From the IMG/VR virus record IMGVR_UViG_3300008107_000220, positions 1 through 59,852 of that record: DNA of 59,852 nucleotides. One strand, given 5' to 3'. A program made the translations under genes and the position numbers. Under the pieces are notes generated by a model. It searched no databases and was not told the DNA's origin. It was given only the letters and a program-made list of their open reading frames with translations. This DNA is from a virus (lineage: Duplodnaviria; Caudoviricetes). Positions 1 through 8,500 of this stretch are shown here, piece after piece (position 1 is the first letter of the stretch; every line of letters begins with the position of its first letter).

Positions 1-21
1 AAGTCATAGCGATGTTTAAAA

Positions 22-216
22 TTAATTAGATCCATTTAATACCTTCTCAATAGCGATTAAAGTTTCGTAAGGAATCCATGCTGGGTCCTCATCAGCAAAT
101 TGGACCTGAACTTCTCTAACTTTTTGTTCCAGAAATTTTGAGTATATTACACGTGTATTTTTCACGTAAGAAATGGGATTATTCATTGCAGTTATCCTCA
201 AATTCGAACCATTCAT
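22..216 (-). CDS. hypothetical phage protein
   Basis: ORF co-oriented and packed with neighbours; true start may be the internal Met (MNNPIS). Confidence 0.6.
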   Translation of the reverse strand: MNGSNLRITAMNNPISYVKNTRVIYSKFLEQKVREVQVQFADEDPAWIPYETLIAIEKVLNGSN

Positions 217-361
217 ATATAGAATTCATCGCAGCATCAACCACACAATCAACTACAGCATCTTGGTGTGGATTCTCTACGTGTTTATGAGCACGGGAAT
301 ATCCATACCTGACACCTTCTTCCAGTGCCATTTCCAATACCTTACGGAAGTTGGGTTTCAT
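179..361 (-). CDS. hypothetical phage protein
   Basis: 60-aa ORF directly downstream of the 363..566 ORF. Confidence 0.7.
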   Translation of the reverse strand: MKPNFRKVLEMALEEGVRYGYSRAHKHVENPHQDAVVDCVVDAAMNSIYEWFEFEDNCNE

Positions 362-362
362 A

Positions 363-566
363 TCAATAAGGAAGAGATTTCAGACCATCCAGAACTTCCT
401 GAAAGCGTTCGGCACGACTTTTATGGTGCTCTACATTTTCTTCAAGCACACCAACAATATCGTCCAAGACAACATCCAGAGACGCATCAGTATCAAAGTA
501 TTGTTGGATTGCTTCGGCAAGATACCGCCGCCGACTCCATTCCATACTATAGGGTTTGTAGTCCAT
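363..566 (-). CDS. hypothetical phage protein (start revised to MDYKPYS)
   Basis: The longer track ORF (to 617) spans a consensus promoter, so the internal ATG at 566 is preferred. Confidence 0.7.
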   Translation of the reverse strand: MDYKPYSMEWSRRRYLAEAIQQYFDTDASLDVVLDDIVGVLEENVEHHKSRAERFQEVLDGLKSLPY

Positions 567-588
567 AATAATGGGTGTATATGGGTGT

Positions 589-617
589 ATTATAGGGTAT
601 CTAGGTCTGGTTGTCAA
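589..617 (-). promoter_or_regulatory. sigma70-type promoter TTGACA-N17-TATAAT
   Basis: Perfect consensus on the minus strand upstream of the ATG at 566. Confidence 0.8.
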
Positions 618-822
618 GATCTAAACATTTCTCAAACTTATCTCTCAACTCATTGAGTTTAACTTGATGTTGAAACTCCATAATATGATCCTTTATTTCT
701 TTCTCAACATCGGTCAGTTCTAAACGATACTTGAGTTTAATATCAACAAGACGCACCATTTCCATATAGAATTCTGTGCCCTTATGAATAAACTCCTCGT
801 ATTTCAATCTCTTGTTCTCCAA
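601..822 (-). CDS. hypothetical phage protein
   Basis: 73-aa helical ORF in an operon-like run. Confidence 0.7.
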   Translation of the reverse strand: MENKRLKYEEFIHKGTEFYMEMVRLVDIKLKYRLELTDVEKEIKDHIMEFQHQVKLNELRDKFEKCLDLDNQT

Positions 823-1121
823 TCAGTCTCATCGTCATCACGCTTAAACCAATCGTGAAGTTCATCAGGACTATCAAATCCTCTTCTACCAAATCTTTCG
901 TGACCCAGACCACCAATATCCATTGAGTTCAGGAAGTCATCCATCTCATCCATATCAGGATTTTCTGCTCTTCTTCTTGCCTGACGAAGTATTGTAGCAG
1001 CAGAACGATTTGCTTTCGCAAGTTTCTCTGCCCAAATCATATCTTCCAAACTCACTTCTTCGTGAAGTACAATCTTCTCACAGATTGCTTCCAACCGAAG
1101 ACGATATTGTGTAGACAACAT
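804..1121 (-). CDS. cyanophage-type hypothetical protein
   Basis: 105-aa ORF (MLSTQYRLRLEAIC...), with GGAG SD upstream. Confidence 0.8.
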   Translation of the reverse strand: MLSTQYRLRLEAICEKIVLHEEVSLEDMIWAEKLAKANRSAATILRQARRRAENPDMDEMDDFLNSMDIGGLGHERFGRRGFDSPDELHDWFKRDDDETDWRTRD

Positions 1122-1141
1122 ATCTTTCTCCAGATATAGGG

Positions 1142-1375
1142 TTATTTATTTTTCATTTCGTCCATTAACTCTTTTGCGAGTTTCATAGAACGACGCCACA
1201 TTAGATATTTTACCACAGGATTACGTGGATTGTTCAACAACCACCACTTCTGCTTCTCATAGTTAGACTTTGCTAACTTAAGCACATAATAAAAAGCAGC
1301 AGCGACACTTTCATCCGTTGCGATGAAGTATGCCACTACTGCGAATACGATAAACCAAGCGTAATAAGTCATCAT
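1142..1375 (-). CDS. hypothetical membrane protein
   Basis: N-terminal hydrophobic helix YYAWFIVFAVVAYFIA. Confidence 0.75.
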   Translation of the reverse strand: MMTYYAWFIVFAVVAYFIATDESVAAAFYYVLKLAKSNYEKQKWWLLNNPRNPVVKYLMWRRSMKLAKELMDEMKNK

Positions 1376-1397
1376 CTAGGTCTCATAGTTTTATTAT

Positions 1398-1643
1398 TTA
1401 ACCAAGAAATTGATCCAGACTGGAGACCGATACGCCTTTTGCGGACTTTTGAATGTAGGTTTTGGCGGACTTGTAATTGTTTGCTAGATGAACCTGCTGT
1501 CCGTTATGAATAATCATAAATTTTTTACCAAATGGAACAGCAGCCCACATTCCATCTTTAGTTATATAACCTTGTGGATCTGATGGTTTTGGATTTAAGA
1601 TTCCTGGACGGTCAACAAAGGGTTTTTGAAAATGTTCAGTCAT
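1398..1643 (-). CDS. hypothetical phage protein
   Basis: 81-aa ORF; ATGA overlap with the upstream ORF. Confidence 0.75.
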   Translation of the reverse strand: MTEHFQKPFVDRPGILNPKPSDPQGYITKDGMWAAVPFGKKFMIIHNGQQVHLANNYKSAKTYIQKSAKGVSVSSLDQFLG

Positions 1644-1783
1644 CCGAATACCGCAGTCACACCAACAACTTTAGCACTTGGGTTACGTGCCAGAGCAGTC
1701 CGCTTGGCATCATCATAATCACGTGCCTCAACGATCTCATCAAAGACTTTACCGGCGACATAGAGTTGAACTTTGCAACGCAT
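1640..1783 (-). CDS. 47-aa hypothetical protein (not in ORF track)
   Basis: Translated by hand: MRCKVQLYVAGKVFDEIVEARDYDDAKRTALARNPSAKVVGVTAVFG; SD AAGGAGG at 1793-1799. Confidence 0.8.
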   Translation of the reverse strand: MRCKVQLYVAGKVFDEIVEARDYDDAKRTALARNPSAKVVGVTAVFG

Positions 1784-1809
1784 TGGGGGATTCCTCCTTG
1801 TGTATGAGT

Positions 1810-1818
1810 ATTATAGCA
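1810..1818 (-). promoter_or_regulatory. extended -10 promoter TGCTATAAT
   Basis: TGnTATAAT upstream of the SD and 47-aa ORF; the same element occurs at 3537-3545. Confidence 0.6.
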
Positions 1819-1820
1819 GA

Positions 1821-2345
1821 TTAGATGGATTTTAGGAAGGAGAGGTCAAAATCTTCAGATTCTCTAAAGTAATCCTTTGTTTCCAGAGCACCCTCCAGTA
1901 AATTGTATCCAGTTAGAAAGAAATCGGATAGATCTGGATCGGCACTGGCAGTCATAACAGCACCGGTGTCTTTGAAGTTGTAAAGTTTTGACGATGGTAT
2001 ACAACACATTTTACCTTTTTTTACATCGGTAATAATGAAATAATTTGCCAATTTATCATCATAATCTTTTGCGGCACGACGATTTTTAAGAATCATCCCA
2101 CGAACTGCCATTTGTGATTTATTTAAAAATTGAGTAATCTTTGACTCATAGGTTGTGTTGTTTGGACCAATTAAATCAACACCAGGAAGATTAACTCGGG
2201 TAAGCAGTCCATTGCTATATTCAGCAAGTGCTTTCTCCACAAGTTCTCCTGCTTTTGGATATCTTAGGTTATTATCGGTATAACCTCTGATTGACATCAG
2301 AAGTTTAGAGAAACGTTCTAGTTGAAAAGTAGTAAAATCAATCAT
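1821..2345 (-). CDS. putative PD-(D/E)xK (restriction-endonuclease-like) nuclease
   Basis: GELVE...PGVD...YESK pattern; ATGA overlap with the helicase. Confidence 0.5.
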   Translation of the reverse strand: MIDFTTFQLERFSKLLMSIRGYTDNNLRYPKAGELVEKALAEYSNGLLTRVNLPGVDLIGPNNTTYESKITQFLNKSQMAVRGMILKNRRAAKDYDDKLANYFIITDVKKGKMCCIPSSKLYNFKDTGAVMTASADPDLSDFFLTGYNLLEGALETKDYFRESEDFDLSFLKSI

Positions 2346-3523
2346 CGGCGGACCACTGAGATGGCAGGTTGACCCTGACGGAAAACGGTGTCTACGACCG
2401 CCTGAACGCTCTTGGCGGTGCTGATGCCCACCTTGTCATAAATGGGCACACAGACCAGTCCAAAGGTCTTCTGGGTGCCTCCCAGACGGATCACCCGCCC
2501 GATGCTCTGAGAGATACCAATGTAGTCCATATTCCGCATAAACAGAACTGCTTCCAGACCCTGAACATTGATTCCTTCAGACAGAATGCTGTGATGAAGA
2601 ACCACAAACTTCTTGGAGGAGTCTTTGCCCCAGGCATTCAGAGTGTCAAAGAACACCTCACGGTTGACCTTCTGACCATCAATCACAGCACCAGTCTTGG
2701 CAGTAATATACATCCAAGAATAACCACGCTCCTTGAGGTCAGAGCAGAAGTCAGACTGTGAAACAAGGTTGACGATTTGTTTGGTGGAACGAGCACAGAT
2801 CAGGATTTTGTCCAGACCATTATCATCAATAGTCTCCAGTAGGTTAGCAGAGTCACGGTCAGCAATCATCTGCTTGTCCTGAACCATCTCCAGTTGCTTG
2901 ACCACAACTTTAGGGGGCAGGATGTAACCTTGCTCCACCAGTTCAGGGGCAGGAACATTACAGATGACCTGACCATAAACCTCTGGCATATTCATACCAG
3001 GTTTAGAAATAGTGACAGAATGCTTAGGAGTAGCAGTGAAGAAATAGCAGCGGTCAGCAACAGCAGAGAAGTGCTCCGTAGCAGGGAAAAAGTTACGCTG
3101 AACAGAGTTGTGTGCCTCATCAAAGTAGATGGTATCAACGTGAATATCTGCTTGCTGAAGACGCTGAAGAGAATTATAAGTAGTGAAGATTAGTTTGTGA
3201 CCTTGAGTTGCTTCTACCCAAGTACGAATCACATTGGGACGAGTGCTGCTGAAGTGGTGAGTCTCACCACTGTGACAATGGAGAACTTGTGCGTTTGTGA
3301 TAAACTCAAGAAACTCACTGGACAACTGCTCTGCCAGGATGATGCGCGGGCAGCAGACTACAATCGTCTGAGGAATATCTTTCAGAAACTGACGGATGGC
3401 ATCAAAGATCATCGTGGGGGTCTTGCCAGCGCCAGTCGGCATGATCAGTTGACCGAGTTGATACTGTTCCATAGCATCAAGACCACGTTGCTGGTGAGGT
3501 CGGAGTTCAAACACAGGTCTCAT
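2342..3523 (-). CDS. SF2 DEAH-box helicase (ResIII-like)
   Basis: Motifs Q (LRPHQ), I (PTGAGKT), II (DEAH), III (TAT), V (LSEGINV), VI (QSIGRVIR). Confidence 0.9.
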   Translation of the reverse strand: MRPVFELRPHQQRGLDAMEQYQLGQLIMPTGAGKTPTMIFDAIRQFLKDIPQTIVVCCPRIILAEQLSSEFLEFITNAQVLHCHSGETHHFSSTRPNVIRTWVEATQGHKLIFTTYNSLQRLQQADIHVDTIYFDEAHNSVQRNFFPATEHFSAVADRCYFFTATPKHSVTISKPGMNMPEVYGQVICNVPAPELVEQGYILPPKVVVKQLEMVQDKQMIADRDSANLLETIDDNGLDKILICARSTKQIVNLVSQSDFCSDLKERGYSWMYITAKTGAVIDGQKVNREVFFDTLNAWGKDSSKKFVVLHHSILSEGINVQGLEAVLFMRNMDYIGISQSIGRVIRLGGTQKTFGLVCVPIYDKVGISTAKSVQAVVDTVFRQGQPAISVVRR

Positions 3524-3536
3524 CGCGTATGAAACT

Positions 3537-3590
3537 ATTATAGCAGAAAACCGCCCCTGGTGCGACCCAGTGGACGGTTCTTAAAGTGTC
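3537..3590 (-). promoter_or_regulatory. extended -10 promoter with GC-rich inverted repeat over the -35 region
   Basis: GACACTTTAAG-AACCGTCCACTGG-GTCGCA-CCAGGGGCGGTT-TTC-TGCTATAAT. Confidence 0.55.
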
Positions 3591-3646
3591 TTAGACTCTG
3601 ATCTTCAACCCAGACAAAGGTAGTCTAGTGGTATTTAAGGATTATG

Positions 3647-5542
3647 TCAAGCATAGAAATCATTCCAAGCAGATCCATCATAACCTTGATGTTTGCCAGT
3701 GCTGGAGTTAAATATAATCGCACCAGCGGCAACAGATGCTGGGGTAATTGCGTTTCTTTGTGCTGTTGTAAGAACTGGGGGATAGAATACACCTCTTAAC
3801 GATGCTGTAAGATTCGCAAAACGTAAGTCAATTGGACCAATAGGAAGATCAGAGTTAATACCAACGGCACCGATTCCACGAATAATCAGATTATTATTGT
3901 AGATATTTGCTTGACCAAAGACTTGAAGAGCACCAGCATTCAAAGTACCATTCGCTGGATCATTAATTTGTCCTAATGGAGCCGTGGTTCCGATACCGAC
4001 CTTTTCAGTAATACCTACAGTTCCACCCACATAAAGTCTTGGGTCAAAATTAGGACTTGTGGTAAGAATACCAATTCTGCTAAAGAAACCAGTTTGTCCT
4101 CTTGCGTCCAAACCAACAGCTGGAGTTGTAAGTCCAATACCGACTGAAGAAACACCAGTTACATTCAGTTGAGAAAGTGTGGTAATACCCGATGTATTGT
4201 TGAGATTGACATTCGCAAGAACACCGCCAGAACCACCTAGAACTGCTTTGTTAGCACCAGAACCAACTGTAAGAGTATTAGGAATCTCAACGTTTCCACC
4301 AAAGAAAGCATTTCCAGTGACTGTAGAGGTTCCTACAACGTGTAAGGTATTGTCTGGATTTGTTTTAGCAATACCCAATCTACCGCCGTAAGTTAAGGTC
4401 ATTAACTCAGCATTAGTCTGACCATAGATCCAGTTAAAGTTCCCTGTTCCTACACCAGCACCACCAGCGTGAATATGTTGATTAAATGCTCCAGTGGATC
4501 TGTTCAGAACATCAAAAGTCCCTTGTGAGTTACCAAATCTTAGGACAGTAGAACTATTTCCAAGACCTACAGATTGACCAATACTGATTCTTGATTCACC
4601 GGTGTTGCTTAAGACTTCAACTGTTGTGGTTCCATCCTTACGAACTTGAATTTCTGATGTGGGATTTGCTGTTCCCACTCCAATTAAACCAGCACCAGTT
4701 GCTGTGAATCCAGTTCCGCCAGTTCCAACATTTAGAGTATTAGCAATTGTAGTAACACCAATTGGAGACTGAATAACTTCAATCGTATCTGTTACAATTC
4801 TCGTAGCCGTAATAACACCAACATTAATATTTGGTGTGCCTGTCAGTGAAGAAGCACTTTGAGCAGTTCCAGTTACGTTTCCAGTTACGTTTCCAGTAAC
4901 TGATCCAATGAATCCACCAGTCGCAGTGATGATTCCAGAGACACTGATATTTGCTGGAAGTTTGGCATTATCAATGGTTGGAAGGACCGTATTAAGAATC
5001 GTTCCGTTTGTAATATTGTCAGCATTTAAGTTGGTTATATTTGTTCCAAAACCAGCAAAAGCGTATGCTGTAACGACTCCAGATGCCCTTATATCGCCCG
5101 TTGAGTTGAATCCAACTCCTCTACCACTGCTTGGATTCGCACCCACCTGGAAGGTGCTACGGGGATCTGTGGTAGCGATACCAACGTTACCTGCGGCATA
5201 AATTGAAGTAAAACCAAGACCTACATCAATATCAACCCATTGTGATGTTGGAAGATTAGAAAGAGTCGCACCATTACCATAAAAAGCAGTGGCTGTAATG
5301 ATGCCACTGCTTGCCGAAGCACTGATATTATTACCAACTCTAAGTTCTGTGGTTGTTGATACACCAGTTACAAAAAGATTTCTAGAAGTAACAAGTCCTA
5401 CCGAACGAATATTTCCATTTACATCTAATCTTTCGGTTGGAACTGTGCTACCAATTCCAACCTGACCACCACGAACGACTAGATCGTCATCATCAACTTG
5501 AACTCCATCCCTAAAGTTAAAAGTCTTTCTAATATTAGACAT
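3647..5542 (-). CDS. tail-fibre-like virion protein
   Basis: Repeated VGIG(T/S)T.P...L.V motifs; G/T/S/N-rich. Confidence 0.75.
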   Translation of the reverse strand: MSNIRKTFNFRDGVQVDDDDLVVRGGQVGIGSTVPTERLDVNGNIRSVGLVTSRNLFVTGVSTTTELRVGNNISASASSGIITATAFYGNGATLSNLPTSQWVDIDVGLGFTSIYAAGNVGIATTDPRSTFQVGANPSSGRGVGFNSTGDIRASGVVTAYAFAGFGTNITNLNADNITNGTILNTVLPTIDNAKLPANISVSGIITATGGFIGSVTGNVTGNVTGTAQSASSLTGTPNINVGVITATRIVTDTIEVIQSPIGVTTIANTLNVGTGGTGFTATGAGLIGVGTANPTSEIQVRKDGTTTVEVLSNTGESRISIGQSVGLGNSSTVLRFGNSQGTFDVLNRSTGAFNQHIHAGGAGVGTGNFNWIYGQTNAELMTLTYGGRLGIAKTNPDNTLHVVGTSTVTGNAFFGGNVEIPNTLTVGSGANKAVLGGSGGVLANVNLNNTSGITTLSQLNVTGVSSVGIGLTTPAVGLDARGQTGFFSRIGILTTSPNFDPRLYVGGTVGITEKVGIGTTAPLGQINDPANGTLNAGALQVFGQANIYNNNLIIRGIGAVGINSDLPIGPIDLRFANLTASLRGVFYPPVLTTAQRNAITPASVAAGAIIFNSSTGKHQGYDGSAWNDFYA

Positions 5543-5555
5543 CTTGGTTTTTTAG

Positions 5556-8500
5556 TTATTTATCGTTCAGTTTTTGCTGAAGGTCATCAACTTTATGTGA
5601 TAACTCTTTAATCGCTTCAATCAGAAGTGGAGTGATCTTTTCATACTGAACTGCCTTGAAACCATTCTCTCTAGTCGTCACAATCTCAGGAAGAACTTTT
5701 TCAATTTCTTGTGCGATGACACCAATGTCTTTACCAGTATGTGAGGACTGATCATTCCAATCAAAACTGTTTCCACTGAGGGAGAGAACCTTTGCCAGTG
5801 GATCTTCAATTGGAGTGATGTTGTCTTTCAGTCTTTCATCAGAACTGAAGAATGCGGTAATATCATCAGTGACGCTCAGAATGCCAGTGATAACCGTGTT
5901 GTCATTGATGTTCAGTTGTCCACCATTGCTATCCAGAGTCAGTTGTCCAGTTGAAGTGTCAATTGTATTGTCATTAGCAACACCAATTCTAATATTGTCA
6001 ATCGTGGCACCACCGTTAGCGTCAACGAGATTATTAAATGTGGTGACACCAGTGATCGTTATACCTTGAGAGACACCAAATGTTCCTGCTACAGAAACAT
6101 TTCCACCAACATTCAGATTCTTCTCAAGTCCAAGTCCACCATCAACAATCAGAGCACCACTATCTTTGCTGGTTGATTGTGTTGTATTGGTGATCTCAAC
6201 GGTGTTATTAACCTTCAGAGTTCCGTTAATGATGGTGTCATCGTTAATTTTAATTTCCTTATTGAATGTAACAGGACCATCAAACTGTGACAGAACTGTT
6301 CCAGAGTTTCCACCTTCAACAATCAGTCTTTCTTTAATGACAACTTCATCAAATACAACAGACAATCTTGAAGGATCTTGTCCTGTAATTGTTGGTGTTG
6401 GAATATCAAATGTTTTTTGAGTTCCTGAAGATGATGAATACTTAGTATTACCAATGAAGAAGTCACCATCGCTGTTCATACCAGTATAAACAACGGTTCC
6501 ACAAGATCTTTCTTGTGCCTGGACAAGAAAGTCCTCTCTTTCGGTCAGAGTCTTGACTTGAACTTGTGGTAAACCAGTTGAATAGTTACCAGGACCATAT
6601 CCAAGATATTCAAATGTATGTCCAGAAGCACGAATAATGGATGGTCTACGGAATTCAATTGCCAGTGGTTTGATCTTCTTAATCAATGATCCACCAGAAT
6701 GATTCTGTTTTCTTGTTCCCAGAACACCACGAATGACTGTAATTTCATTAAGACTTGATCCAGTCAATGTAGAACTGGTGATTCTCATAATCTCATTATC
6801 AATCTGAATATAAGATCCAAGTGGGAATCTTGTTACTGTTCCAATTCCAGAGTTAGTTGTCTGAACATGGAATGTAGTATCATTTGTAACATTTGAAAGC
6901 AGAGTCAGGGTCTCTCCAGCATAGAAAGAAATACCACGAGCACCTAGACTCTCTGTTGAAGAATCAGATGTTCCTTCATTTGCCGACAAACCGTGTCTTA
7001 GAATATAAAGTGGAGATAGGGAACGATTAGTCGTTGCCGAGAATGTATTAACACCGACTCTCTCTTTAACCAGGAAGTCTCCAATGTTATTATTAGAACT
7101 GTCTAGAACTCTAAAACGATTTCCAGATACAAGAGCGTGACCTGAAGAACAATTGAAGGTTGAGACTCCACTGACTGAATCGTAAGAACTTGTAGAGACA
7201 CGAATTGATGGTCCCAAATCAATCGCATATTGATTTGTGGCGATTCTTGGATCACCATTTGTAATCGCAATCGCAACTGTTGTGGTTGAAGGAACCGACG
7301 AGATTCTGTAGTATCCGTCTGAAGTGGTTCCAATACCAGTGATTTGGAGAACATCACCGATATTTGTAGAAATACCAGCAGTTGTGACTGTAAGACCAGC
7401 ACCAGCACCAGCCCCGATCAGTGATGTATCAAAGTCAAGTTGTTCGTTGTTTGTATATCCTGAACCACCATCAATGATCTCTGCAGATCTAATACTTCCA
7501 CCAGCGATAGTGACTTTTGCTGTGGCACCATCCCAATTGCTGGTTCCATCATTGAACAATTTAACATTATAGAAGGTTCCGTTTGTATATCCAGAACCAC
7601 CAGTTAGAGCATTGTATGTGATGATACCACTGAATCCATGCTCTCTTTCAAATGTAATTGTGGCAATACCAGCAGTAGTGCTTGTGAATGAAGTAGAAAC
7701 TCCAGAAATCTTAAGACCAACGCCAAAGTCCTTGACAAATTGGTCTGTTGCTTCTCTGGTAATACTCTTCTTTAGATCATTAGTTGAGACATCACCAAGA
7801 GGACTTCTCTTCGCAAATGTCTTTGCTGATCTTGGATTATCATCTATATTGTCCTTATCAAGTTGTGGATACAAATCTACAACATTCTGACTATACTTAA
7901 GGCCAGTAAATTCAGTTGAAATCGCATTGTCTGCCTTCAGAACATACAGATGGTAGATTCCATCTTGAGTGTTGAAGATATAAGGACTGACGACTTCACT
8001 TCTATAAACAAAGTAGTTAGACTTAAGATCATTTCTCTCAAATCTTGGCAGTGATGTATTTCTTGTGGATACATTGTTTGTAAATGTTCCGACGCTATGA
8101 GTGACTCCATTAACATCAGTAGTTGAATATTGAAATCTCTTGTCGTCAACAACTGCTGTGACTTCAAAGGTTCCGTTGTATCCAATGTCATTTGTTCCAG
8201 CAGTATTTGTTGTGCTGGTTACATTACGAACAATGATTTGCTCACCAACATTCAAGTTGTGTGGAAGTTCTGCGAGAACTGTTACTGTGTTGGTAGAAAC
8301 AGAACAAGTACCAATGAATCTTGGATTTCTATTATACGCATAATCCGTATCACTGATTGATGTGAGTGTAAAGTCAGTATTGGTTCTAGCACCAGTGCTG
8401 CTAGATTCTTGAATGATAAATCCATCGCTAGGATTTTTTCCGTTAATGGATTCTTTTGGAATAACGACACGAACCTTATAGAGTTTTTCGTCCAGAGATC

